Made by a program: the position numbers and the translations under genes. A model generated the notes under the pieces. That model searched no databases. It was not told where the DNA came from and was given only the letters and a program-made list of their open reading frames with translations. Below, one piece after another: positions 26,541 through 35,526 of a stretch of 64,000 nucleotides of DNA. The DNA is from a virus (Duplodnaviria; Heunggongvirae; Uroviricota; Caudoviricetes). Within the stretch, counting starts at the first letter, position 1, and each line of letters starts with the position of its first letter. Where the stretch lies: positions 82,331 through 146,330 of IMG/VR virus record IMGVR_UViG_3300005535_000017; one strand, 5' to 3'.

Positions 26541-28381
26541 TGGCTTACGAGATCGTGGAGGATCTCCACTCCTACCAACGCGACCGAGAGCGTCGCGTAA
26601 TGCTGCTGGATCATGAGGGTCTCTACTCTGGTCCCGAGTTCCCGGAAGAGTGGGATTACGAGCCGGATCCTGGCAACGAGTACGGAGCACAGGACTTCAA
26701 GGACCTCCAGGATCTCGTCTCGGTGCTCCCTTCGGAGTTCACCGAATTCGCGATCATGATGCCGGACAAAGAGCATCAGACCTACAAGAACTACTCCTTT
26801 GCCGAGCGCGAGTACCTCCGCCAGATCTACGACACCTCATCGAAGCGGACCCTGCTGAAGTGCGGTCGACAGGTCGAGAAGTCGACCATGCTCGGCAACA
26901 AGCTCCTTTCCTACTCCTGCATCGTCACTGCCCTCAACAGCCTCTACGTCTCGCCGACCAACCAACAATCGAAGGTTTTCTCGCAGGACCGTCTGAAGGA
27001 GCCGATCGAGACCAGTCCATTCTTGAAGAGCTGGACGACCACCAAGCTCTCGGACAACGTCTTCCTCAAGAAGTTCATCAACCGCTCCCAGATCACTCTC
27101 CGCTACGCCTTCATGAACGCCGACCGCTGCCGCGGCATCCCGGCGGACATCATCTGCATCGACGAGCTCCAGGACATCCTCACCGACAACATCCCCGTTA
27201 TCGAGCAGTGTGCTTCGCACTCCGTCATCAATATCGGCGGTGAGTCGCACAAGGGCGGTGTCTTCATCTTCTCTGGCACCCCCAAGAGCCTCGACAACAC
27301 AATCGAGGCCTATTGGCAGCAGTACTCCACCCAGAACGAATGGGTGGTCCCCTGCCACGCCCACTCTATGTTTACGGGCGACGGCAAGATCACCAAGGTC
27401 CACTGGAACATCCTCACCGAGGACCACATCGGGGCAAAGAGCCTCATCTGCGACAAGTGCGGCGGCCCCATCGACGCCAAGGATCCGATGGCGCAGTGGG
27501 CGTCTCTGAACCCAGACATCATCAATCAGATCCCCAAGCCCTATGAGGGCTTCCGCATCCCGCAGCTCATGGTGCCGTGGATTTCGCACGACGACATCAT
27601 CCAGAACCTCAAGACCTACCCGCGCGATCGTTTCTACAATGAGGTGCTCGGCCTCTCGTACGATTCGGGCACTCGACCCCTCACTCAGCAGGACTTGATC
27701 GACAACTGCTCGCAGTACCTCTCACTTGATCCAGCCTCTCTCGAGAAGTACAGGAACCACTTTGGCGGTTCGACACCCATCTACGGCGGCATCGACTGGA
27801 TGGGTGGCGGTGAGCACTCCTTCACCGTCTTCACGATGGGCGCCTATCTGGACGGCAAGTTCCAGGTCTTCTACTACCGTCGATTTGAGGGGCGCGAGGC
27901 TGAGCCTCAGACGCAGATGGATGAGATCATCGAGACCATCCTCAAGTGGAACGTGCGTAGGATCGGGGTCGACTACGGCGGCGGCTTCTGGCCGAACGAC
28001 AAGCTCACCAACCGCTTCGGCCTCAACCGCATCGTTAAGTACCAGTACTCGAATCCGGGCGAGAAGATTCGCTGGGAGGACGGACTCAAGCGATTCCTCG
28101 TCAACCGTAGCGAAGTGATGAGCGACATCTTCAACGCCATCAAGCGGCGCAACGTCTTCCGCTTCCCGCAGTGGGACCAGTTCAAAGCGCCATTCGGCGG
28201 CGACTTCCTGAACATCTTCGCTGAGTACAACGAGCAGCGGCGCATGATCGAGTACAAGAAGTCGCCCAACGCCAGCGACGACTCGTTCCACTCCACCCTC
28301 TTGTGCTTCATCGTCTCGATGCTGGACTTCCCTCGTCCAGATATCGTGGCGCCGGCTATCACTCCCAGGGCGAATAGCTAA
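26540..28381 (+). CDS. terL: terminase large subunit
   Basis: 613 aa. Deviant Walker A CGRQVEKST (cf. T4 gp17 SRQLGKT). Walker B ADIICIDELQD. C-terminal RNase-H-like nuclease region with IYGGIDWMGGG and IGVDYGGGF acidic motifs. Confidence 0.75.
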   Translation: MAYEIVEDLHSYQRDRERRVMLLDHEGLYSGPEFPEEWDYEPDPGNEYGAQDFKDLQDLVSVLPSEFTEFAIMMPDKEHQTYKNYSFAEREYLRQIYDTSSKRTLLKCGRQVEKSTMLGNKLLSYSCIVTALNSLYVSPTNQQSKVFSQDRLKEPIETSPFLKSWTTTKLSDNVFLKKFINRSQITLRYAFMNADRCRGIPADIICIDELQDILTDNIPVIEQCASHSVINIGGESHKGGVFIFSGTPKSLDNTIEAYWQQYSTQNEWVVPCHAHSMFTGDGKITKVHWNILTEDHIGAKSLICDKCGGPIDAKDPMAQWASLNPDIINQIPKPYEGFRIPQLMVPWISHDDIIQNLKTYPRDRFYNEVLGLSYDSGTRPLTQQDLIDNCSQYLSLDPASLEKYRNHFGGSTPIYGGIDWMGGGEHSFTVFTMGAYLDGKFQVFYYRRFEGREAEPQTQMDEIIETILKWNVRRIGVDYGGGFWPNDKLTNRFGLNRIVKYQYSNPGEKIRWEDGLKRFLVNRSEVMSDIFNAIKRRNVFRFPQWDQFKAPFGGDFLNIFAEYNEQRRMIEYKKSPNASDDSFHSTLLCFIVSMLDFPRPDIVAPAITPRANS

Positions 28382-28410
28382 AAGAACCAGGCGCAATTGC
28401 CTGGTTCTGT
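28379..28410. terminator. hairpin terminator between convergent genes
   Basis: Stem agaaccagg / cctggttct around the palindromic loop gcaattgc. A-run on the left gives a U-run for the minus-strand transcript. Confidence 0.5.
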
Positions 28411-28424
28411 GCTGCCCCTTGAAA

Positions 28425-28796
28425 CTACGAAACGCGTGCCCCCACAGCCCGCAGCTTCGTCGAACCCGAGAACTCCTTCTCCATCTCCTCGTTGACCTTC
28501 GCGGTGTCCTTGCGCTGCTTGCGGTCCGTCAGCCGCTTGTAGGCCAGGCCACCCACGATGCCTCCCACGACGGCCACCGCAGCATAGCTGCCGATGACTG
28601 CCACCCGCTGCCGAGTCGTGAGTACCGGCTTGATGGAGAACTGTCGGATGGCCTCCGGGATGGTGTCCAGAGCGCCTTCCACCATCTCGTCGATGTGCTC
28701 CTTGCAGAAGTTCTGGAGAGTCTCCATGTCCTGCTTGTTGAGGCCGTGGCGGGGTGGCTGCGGAAGCGAGGACATCTCTTGCTGCTGGTTTCCCAT
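28425..28796 (-). CDS. small single-pass membrane protein (123 aa)
   Basis: One strong TM segment VAVIGSYAAVAVVGGIVGGLAY followed by a basic stretch. Confidence 0.5.
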   Translation of the reverse strand: MGNQQQEMSSLPQPPRHGLNKQDMETLQNFCKEHIDEMVEGALDTIPEAIRQFSIKPVLTTRQRVAVIGSYAAVAVVGGIVGGLAYKRLTDRKQRKDTAKVNEEMEKEFSGSTKLRAVGARVS

Positions 28797-28867
28797 CTGT
28801 CGTCTCCATGTGAGGGGTACGAACGAAAAAACGTTCGTTCACGTCACACCTCTTATCCCGAGACGTT

Positions 28868-29569
28868 TCAGTTTTTTGCAGCGTATTCTTTCTGCCTTCT
28901 CTCGAGCTTATTGAGCAAACGCTTGCTGGGGCGGGCTTCTCGATTGAGCATTGCGTCGAGCTGACGAGGAGAGATTTGCTTTATCTCGAACCACACACTC
29001 GTCATCATCTGCATGTGCTCTCTGGCAGACGAGAGTTGGATAGAGAGCTCAGTGTTGTAAGGGCGCAGTGCCATTGTCGAGGCAAGTCGAAGGAAGGGGC
29101 GCCAGGGATGTGAGTCCTTGGTCATCCTCTCGATCTGACCGAAGTGCTGCGCATCGATGCGTTGGAGGTACCCGGCCCAAGTCTCCTCGACATGAGGCGG
29201 CCAACCATCACTGGCGTATGTATTGGCCATCTGGTACAACGAGGTAATCTCCAAGTCCGTGAACCTCAGCGGGTCCTTTCGGATGTTGAGTACTCGGAGG
29301 ATCTGATCGACGTCACGCCGGAGGATGCTATTCTCGGTGTGAAGTCGCATCAGCGTCTGGCGGTTGATAGCGAATGGAAGAGCTTTCTCTCCGTCGCTCT
29401 TCCGTTGAGAATCACGGAGAGCGATGACGTCCTCCTCGAGGATGTCTACCCGGTGGCCGTTCTTCACCGTGCGCAACTCCCCTCGCTGAACCTTGTAGAA
29501 GATGGTTCGCTCGCTGCAGCCAAGTACCTTTGCCGCCTCCTTCTTTGTCAAGAATCGGCTTCCCACCAA
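28868..29569 (-). CDS. helix-turn-helix DNA-binding protein (putative transcriptional regulator)
   Basis: 233 aa. N-terminal LTKKEAAKVLGCSERTIFYKVQRGEL is a classic excisionase/MerR-like HTH. Diverges from the head-gene block. Confidence 0.6.
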   Translation of the reverse strand: MVGSRFLTKKEAAKVLGCSERTIFYKVQRGELRTVKNGHRVDILEEDVIALRDSQRKSDGEKALPFAINRQTLMRLHTENSILRRDVDQILRVLNIRKDPLRFTDLEITSLYQMANTYASDGWPPHVEETWAGYLQRIDAQHFGQIERMTKDSHPWRPFLRLASTMALRPYNTELSIQLSSAREHMQMMTSVWFEIKQISPRQLDAMLNREARPSKRLLNKLERRQKEYAAKN

Positions 29570-29616
29570 GGTCTTCCTCCTATGAATATGATGCTAACTC
29601 AGAAGCCGGAGAACTC

Positions 29617-30594
29617 ATGGACGTTTTCGAGCAACTTCTGACGTCGGGATCCAGCAAGGGCGTCAGCCCCGAGACGTTGGAATACATCGGTCAGAAGGCC
29701 TCGGCTGAGTTCCTGGACAAGAAGACGCCGCTGAACGAGTCGATCGTGAAGCTCGCCTCCCAGCATCCAGAGCTCAACAACGAGCACATCCACCGCATCG
29801 TCGAATTCGCCAACAACTCCACCTTCCAACATCTCTTCGAGAAGAACAAGGACAAGAACGTCCACTTCCCGATTGCAGATCCGGGAGTGGTGATTCGGGA
29901 TCTCCGGGATGGCGGATCTCCGGCTCACAGCGGCAAGGTCTTGCACAACAAGGCCGACTACCATCGAGCGCCGATCCGGGAAGAGAAGGACGGCTCAATG
30001 GGGATGGACGGGTCGGGGGCTGGTGATCCCGAATCTGGTCTCGCCGACCTCTTCAACCGCAACAACTCTTCTGGGCAGTTCGGCCAGGGAGAGCCTGTCG
30101 AGAAGGTCGCGAGTGCTGCCGGGCTCGATCCGTCTTGGGAGGGCTCGGCCAATCCGGTCAACGACGTCTATGCCGAGCACCTCAAGCTCAAGCGCTCCTA
30201 CGATGAGCTCGCTGCGGCCCACGAAGGTGCGGACCTGATGTACAAGCAGGCCTCGGCCGACTTCTACAAAGCCGCTCGGGAAGAGGTGCTCAACCCGGAG
30301 GGCGCTGGCTTCCGTGGTGTGGTGGAGGCTGTCTCGGTCGTTGCCGCTCTCGGCCGTGAAGACATCACGAAGCTGGCAGAGAGTCTCCTGCGAGCCGGCG
30401 TCTCGGAAGAGCAGCTCAAGAGCCGCACGAAGACTGCCGGCAAGCTGGTCAACCCCAATCACCCACTCGTCGCTTCGGCGTCGGCGATGATGAAGTGCGC
30501 CCATGAGCGTTCGATCGCACATGAGGCACTTCTCGATGTAAAGAAGGGTCTCGATCAGACGACTCAGTTCCTCAAGACGGCGGCACGGAAGTGA
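29617..30594 (+). CDS. hypothetical protein (325 aa)
   Basis: Start moved to the ATG at 29617 (GGAG at 29606-29609), because the track start 29530 overlaps the divergent HTH gene. Confidence 0.5.
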   Translation: MDVFEQLLTSGSSKGVSPETLEYIGQKASAEFLDKKTPLNESIVKLASQHPELNNEHIHRIVEFANNSTFQHLFEKNKDKNVHFPIADPGVVIRDLRDGGSPAHSGKVLHNKADYHRAPIREEKDGSMGMDGSGAGDPESGLADLFNRNNSSGQFGQGEPVEKVASAAGLDPSWEGSANPVNDVYAEHLKLKRSYDELAAAHEGADLMYKQASADFYKAAREEVLNPEGAGFRGVVEAVSVVAALGREDITKLAESLLRAGVSEEQLKSRTKTAGKLVNPNHPLVASASAMMKCAHERSIAHEALLDVKKGLDQTTQFLKTAARK

Positions 30595-30884
30595 CCTTCC
30601 GCCAAGCTGCATATTCCCGTGCTGTCCTCCGCGGGCTCGCCGGCGAGAAGGTCGCGGGTGTGCTCGGCGTAGTGGGAGGAGCAGCGAAGGGGATCGGCCG
30701 TGGTGCCAATTGGGCCTGGCAGAAGTCGATGAAGCAGAACGGCCCGGTGATGGGCACGATCGGTCTTGGTCTGGGTGCCGCCGGTCTCTACGCTCTCGGC
30801 AAGAGAGCAGTCAATCAGACTCAGGCTGCGTACCAGGGATTCAATCCCGAGGTTCAGGCCTACACCCGCCAGTCGCCCTACTAG
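30591..30884 (+). CDS. glycine-zipper protein (97 aa)
   Basis: VAGVLGVVGGAAKGIGRG and MGTIGLGLGAAGLYALG. Confidence 0.5.
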   Translation: MTFRQAAYSRAVLRGLAGEKVAGVLGVVGGAAKGIGRGANWAWQKSMKQNGPVMGTIGLGLGAAGLYALGKRAVNQTQAAYQGFNPEVQAYTRQSPY

Positions 30885-30893
30885 GAGCTCAAG

Positions 30894-31523
30894 ATGAACA
30901 GCACGCAGCTCATGGAGAAGGTCGCGGAAGTCGCGCCCGAGACGTACGACTTCATCATGCAGACCCGCGGCGAGATCAGCGAGAGCCCGTGGAAGGACGA
31001 GTTCCTCGAGGAGTTCGACGGCATCCTGAAGAAGGCTGCCATGGACTGGAAGTCGATCGGCTCGTCTGTCGGGCAAGGAGGTCTTGCCATGGCCAAGGGT
31101 CTGGGTGCCACGGCACTCGGCGGCATCGGCCTGGCGCTCGCTGGTGACGCCTATGATGCCACTCGTCGAGCCATCACCAAGACCCGCAACTACAAGCGGA
31201 TGATGGCGTCGAACCCAGATCTGAAGGACAAGCCGGCGCACCAGGTCCAGGCAATCTTCTCCACCCTTCACCGCTTCAACCCGGACTTCTCGGGAGACCC
31301 GGTCGTCTCTGGAAGCTTCGTCCGTCAGCATGTCGACATGGCCCAGAGCGAAGAAGGTGTGGGTGCGGTCGGTCTCGACGCCATGAAGGCCATCGTCGAA
31401 GGGCGCAAGGGTATCAATGAGAGCCGCCGGTTGCCCAAGCCGGAGATGCTCAGGATGCCCGATCGCGAGATGGAGATGCTCCAGAAGTCCAAGCTTCGCC
31501 ACGACCTGGGCGCCAAGAAGTAA
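30894..31523 (+). CDS. glycine-zipper protein (209 aa)
   Basis: GQGGLAMAKGLGATALGGIGLALAG. Confidence 0.5.
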   Translation: MNSTQLMEKVAEVAPETYDFIMQTRGEISESPWKDEFLEEFDGILKKAAMDWKSIGSSVGQGGLAMAKGLGATALGGIGLALAGDAYDATRRAITKTRNYKRMMASNPDLKDKPAHQVQAIFSTLHRFNPDFSGDPVVSGSFVRQHVDMAQSEEGVGAVGLDAMKAIVEGRKGINESRRLPKPEMLRMPDREMEMLQKSKLRHDLGAKK

Positions 31524-31526
31524 GCG

Positions 31527-33932
31527 ATGCTCGTCAAGCAGGTTCAGTTCTTCGGCAAGAACGATGAGGGGCAGATCTTCTGCCAGCCCTTGCTCGATGA
31601 CGGCTTGGTAAAGACTGCCTCTGCCTCATCGCGAGCGAACCTGCATCCTCAGATCGCCGACTTCGTCAGGACTGTTCGCCCCAGCAAGCACGGCATCTAC
31701 GTCCTGGTGAACGCCATGGGCGCCGGCGAGATCTGGGGCTCCAACATCAATGGCGACCACTTCCCTGAGAAGGAGCTGATCCACTCTCCGAAGGACTGGG
31801 AGAAGCTTCCCGCCACGCGGATGAAGGAGATCGGCAAGAGCTGGGAGTACGGCTTCCCCACCTTCATGGGGGCGCATCCGTACAAGCACCACGTCAACAA
31901 GGACTCGTCGCGGGCATTCGGCTCGGTCGAGCTCGCCGCGTGGAACCCAAAGATGCATCGCGTGGAGCTGGTGGTCTATCTTGACCGCGAGCTCTGCAAG
32001 CGTTTCGACGCTCAGGATGTGATCGAGAAGATCGAGCGGGGAGAGTTCCCGGACGTCTCAATGGGCTGCAAGGTGCCCTACGACGTCTGCTCGATCTGTC
32101 AGCACCGGTCGAAGACTCCGAAGGACTACTGCCACCACGCGAAGAGCATGATGAATGTCATCCTGCCAGATGGCAGGAAGGTGTTCGTCTACAACCCTCG
32201 CCCTCGCTTCTTCGACATCTCCTTCGTCTTCATCGGAGCCGACAAGACGGCCAAGGTCATGGCCAAGCTTGCGTCAAAGGGCAATCAGGTCTGCATGGGT
32301 GAGTACTGCACCATTCCTCGACTCAGCGTCGATGTTGGTGAGCAGTTCTCGAAGTTCGCCGGTGAGCAAGACCCTACGGCCCCGCTTCGTGAGGAGCATC
32401 CTACCTGGCTCGGCAATCACCAGGACGGGATGTACGACCCGACCTTCAACGACTTCATCGGCAACAAGTCTCGTACTCAGATCATTCAAGAGACGAAAGC
32501 TGCCAAGCCGGCATTCGAGGCGCGGCTCTATCCTCCGGCTCAGCTCGAGGCAAATGAGTCGTATGACGCGCTCGTCAACCTCGACGCTGCTCGTGAGAAG
32601 ACAGCTTCAGTCAAGACGGCCAATGACCCAATTCAGAAGTTCATCCACGTCCAAGGCATCCCGATCATGCTGGAGTGGTTGAAGGGTCAGACGCGTAAGT
32701 ACTACTCAAAGGCCGATCCTTCAAAGGTGACCTACCAGAAGCTGATGAAGGCCGATTACGGCTACATCCCAGCGACCGTAGATGCCGATGGCGAGCAGCT
32801 CGATGTCTATGTGGGGCCGAGCCGCGATTCAGAGTTCGTCTTCATGATCAATCAGCTCAAGGACGACGGCTCGTTCGATGAGCGAAAGGTCATGATCGGC
32901 TATCGCGATGAGGCGGCGGCAAAGAAGAGCTATCTCGACCATATGCCTGAAAGGCGTCTTGGGCAGGTGTCGAGGACGACAATGGGTGAGTTCAAGAAGA
33001 CCCACCTTGTCAGTGCTCGAAAGGCACGCAAGACCCGCGATGCCGAGGCAGTGAAGATCGCGTCAGCGACGTGCGGATGCCACGGACTTGGAGATGATTG
33101 CGGCGGTACGGCTGAGAAAGTCGCGCACGCCGTCTTTCCAGGTACGCGTAATTCTGAAAAATCCGCTTCCCATAGGAAGCTGAGTGAGATCATAAAAACA
33201 ATACCGGCAGGTCCTTTTTCGAAAGAGACATTGCCAAGACTGGAGAAAGGGGAGAGCTCGATCCCAAACAAGGCGCTGGACGAGATGGGCAAAATGGATC
33301 TTACCGAAGCCCTCTCAACCCCCGCTATGATGGGCATCGTTCTTAAGCCCCATGAGTTTCAGAGGGTGATGCTGGTGCGAATCGGAGAGAAGCCGCTGGC
33401 GGATGAACTCGACAGGAAGGGGGAGGTCTTCGGGCCTTCTTCGGACGTCGACGAGTCCCTGCAGGTGAATCCCGATCGCATCGATCGTGCTCTCAAAGAC
33501 CTCCTTCAGGCTCTGGGCATGGTGGGTGAGCGGTCAGTAGCCGCCACTCCTCTTGCTCGTCGAATGGAGCGTCTTGAAGCACGCCGTGCCGATCCGCGGA
33601 AGAGCGTCGAGAAGACCGCCTCCGCCGATCCCCTCATGAAGAAGCTGTCAGCCGCCTACAACGGCTACCGGCGCAGCATCGTGAAGAAGGCCACCGCCAT
33701 CCAGAAGTTCCTCGTCTCCGACCCCCAGCTCGCTCCCGAGTCATTCGGTAGCAGCATGGTGCAGGCCTTCGCCGGTGGGGTCGACAAGACGGCCAGCTCG
33801 AGCGTGTTCAGCCCCGACTCGCTCGCATACCTGACCGGGGCGCACCACACGGACCGGGCCATCCATATCGCCGATCAAGGCGTTCGGGTGTCCCTCGCCC
33901 AGACGGGCGCACTCGCAGAGGCGCTGTACTAG
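31527..33932 (+). CDS. putative prohead maturation protease-domain protein (HK97 S78-like N-terminal domain) with long C-terminal extension
   Basis: 801 aa. The N-terminal 230 aa carry S78-like landmarks in order: GIYVLVNAMGAG...NGDHF, HPYKHHVNKDSSRAFG (HxD...G), and VSMGCKV (cf. lSiGf catalytic Ser motif). Positioned upstream of scaffold-like and capsid genes. Confidence 0.4.
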   Translation: MLVKQVQFFGKNDEGQIFCQPLLDDGLVKTASASSRANLHPQIADFVRTVRPSKHGIYVLVNAMGAGEIWGSNINGDHFPEKELIHSPKDWEKLPATRMKEIGKSWEYGFPTFMGAHPYKHHVNKDSSRAFGSVELAAWNPKMHRVELVVYLDRELCKRFDAQDVIEKIERGEFPDVSMGCKVPYDVCSICQHRSKTPKDYCHHAKSMMNVILPDGRKVFVYNPRPRFFDISFVFIGADKTAKVMAKLASKGNQVCMGEYCTIPRLSVDVGEQFSKFAGEQDPTAPLREEHPTWLGNHQDGMYDPTFNDFIGNKSRTQIIQETKAAKPAFEARLYPPAQLEANESYDALVNLDAAREKTASVKTANDPIQKFIHVQGIPIMLEWLKGQTRKYYSKADPSKVTYQKLMKADYGYIPATVDADGEQLDVYVGPSRDSEFVFMINQLKDDGSFDERKVMIGYRDEAAAKKSYLDHMPERRLGQVSRTTMGEFKKTHLVSARKARKTRDAEAVKIASATCGCHGLGDDCGGTAEKVAHAVFPGTRNSEKSASHRKLSEIIKTIPAGPFSKETLPRLEKGESSIPNKALDEMGKMDLTEALSTPAMMGIVLKPHEFQRVMLVRIGEKPLADELDRKGEVFGPSSDVDESLQVNPDRIDRALKDLLQALGMVGERSVAATPLARRMERLEARRADPRKSVEKTASADPLMKKLSAAYNGYRRSIVKKATAIQKFLVSDPQLAPESFGSSMVQAFAGGVDKTASSSVFSPDSLAYLTGAHHTDRAIHIADQGVRVSLAQTGALAEALY

Positions 33933-33984
33933 AGATGGAGTCCATCTCGGAGACGACACGCTTTTGTCGAGAAGGAGAAATTAC

Positions 33985-34977
33985 ATGAGCATGGATACGT
34001 GGCTGGCCCAGGCGTACAACACCAACGGCGCGAGCGAGGACCTCGAGAAGATCGCTCAGGCCGAGATGGCGCAGAACATGGCCCAGCAGGAGGGCCTGGA
34101 TCTGTCGAACCTCTCGCCCGAGCAGATCGAGGCTCTTGGCCAGGAAGTTCTCGGGCCGCAGGGCCAGGGACAGCAGCCGCAGGGTGCCGCTCCGGGCGCT
34201 CCTCAGCAGCCCGGCGTTCCCCAGCAGGGAATGCAGCCCCAGCAGCCGCAGGCTCCTGGTGCCGAGGGCGGTGGTGAGCTGACCGAAGAGCACGTGCAGG
34301 AAGCCCAGCAGGTGCTGGCCAACCCGCAGGCCTACGACCCGGCGATCGTCCAGGAAGCCCAGGCGATCATGCAGGTCGTCGAGCAGATGCAGGCTCAGCA
34401 AGCCGGTCAGCCAGGTCCCGAGATGGCCAAGGTCGCCGAGGCCCAGGCCAAGTTCGAGGAGGCCGACTTCCTCGGTCGCGTCATGGCGCACGCCTTCAAT
34501 CAGGAGTCGGAGAAGATCGCCGCCTCCAAGCAGGCGAACATGATGGGCGCCGCAGGTGGCCACCTGAAGCACCTCGGCCAGCAGGCTGCTCACCACATGG
34601 GCGCTGCCGCCGGCGCCGCCAAGCACCACGCTGGCAAGGCGATGGGAGCCGCGGGCGGTCACTTCGCCAAGCACCCGGGTCATGCTGCTGCCGCCGGCGC
34701 GGTCGGTGGTGCGGCGGCCATGCACGGCGCTCATCACATGATGAACAAGGAAGCCACCGTCGCCGCGATCGAGAAGGCGGCGATGCAGCAGGCCGCCAAC
34801 ATCCTGCAGGCCAACGGCATCGACCCGGCGACTGGTCAGCCGGCCCAGCAGGCCGCTCCGCAGATCGCTCCGGCGGGCGCGGTCCCGGCTCCCCAGCAGA
34901 ACTCGCAGCAGGCGCTCGGTGAGCTCGTGGAGAAGCGCGCTCATCAGATCCTGCGGGGGCTCGGCTACAACATCTGA
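33985..34977 (+). CDS. low-complexity Gln/Ala/Gly/His-rich protein (scaffold-like?)
   Basis: Start set at the ATG at 33985 (AAGGAG at 33972-33977); the track uses the TTG at 33964. QQPQG repeats, then GAAGGHLKHLG...GAAKHHAGKAMGAAGGHF. Confidence 0.45.
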   Translation: MSMDTWLAQAYNTNGASEDLEKIAQAEMAQNMAQQEGLDLSNLSPEQIEALGQEVLGPQGQGQQPQGAAPGAPQQPGVPQQGMQPQQPQAPGAEGGGELTEEHVQEAQQVLANPQAYDPAIVQEAQAIMQVVEQMQAQQAGQPGPEMAKVAEAQAKFEEADFLGRVMAHAFNQESEKIAASKQANMMGAAGGHLKHLGQQAAHHMGAAAGAAKHHAGKAMGAAGGHFAKHPGHAAAAGAVGGAAAMHGAHHMMNKEATVAAIEKAAMQQAANILQANGIDPATGQPAQQAAPQIAPAGAVPAPQQNSQQALGELVEKRAHQILRGLGYNI

Positions 34978-35042
34978 GGTCTCAGGGTGCCCGAGGCGGG
35001 AGGGGATGGTCCTTCCCGCCTCGGTTCCTCTCAGGAGAGAAG

Positions 35043-35513
35043 ATGCCGAAGTGGATCCACGATCGTGCGGCACACATCAGGGCGGAGAACCCCTCCATGC
35101 CTGAGAGTGAGTCGTGGGCGATCGCCACTCAGCAGTCCCATGCGACGGGACACTCTCCAAAGGGGTACGGAACGGCGAAGGGGCGGCACGAGGCTCATCA
35201 GAAGTATCCGACGCCCGGTGATGACGAACAGAAGGCGAGTCCCAAATCCAAGACGGCTGGCATTTCGGTGCCCTTCAGCTCGGATTTGGTAAGCGGCTTC
35301 TGTGAGGAACTGTCTTCGATCTTCCGTGAGAAGACAGCCGGTCTCCTGCCCATGCCGGAGAACGGTCTCACACAGATGAAGCTGACGAGCCCGAAGCCGA
35401 CCATGGGCGCGAAGAAGAACATCGCGGCGTACTCGCAGCCGAAGAATCTCCCCTCGACTTCGCCGTCGCAGGGAACTCAACCGACCGCGGGCGCGCCCCA
35501 GGTCAGAACCTGA
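35043..35513 (+). CDS. hypothetical protein (156 aa)
   Basis: AGGAGAG RBS upstream. Basic N-terminus, Ser/Pro-rich C-terminus. Confidence 0.45.
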   Translation: MPKWIHDRAAHIRAENPSMPESESWAIATQQSHATGHSPKGYGTAKGRHEAHQKYPTPGDDEQKASPKSKTAGISVPFSSDLVSGFCEELSSIFREKTAGLLPMPENGLTQMKLTSPKPTMGAKKNIAAYSQPKNLPSTSPSQGTQPTAGAPQVRT

Positions 35514-35526
35514 CAGGAGCAAGAGA

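Noticed and set aside
28797-28867. Palindrome acgaacg-aaaaaa-cgttcgt between the HTH-regulator gene and the membrane-protein gene as an operator site
   Set aside because: It could equally be a weak terminator for the upstream minus-strand gene. Only a single copy in the window, so no basis to call a regulator binding site.
31527-33932. Calling the 801-aa protein the portal because it lies closest to terminase
   Set aside because: Its N-terminal motifs fit an HK97 S78-type prohead protease better. The 682-aa ORF at 4480-6528 has more portal-like features. Both assignments remain low-confidence.
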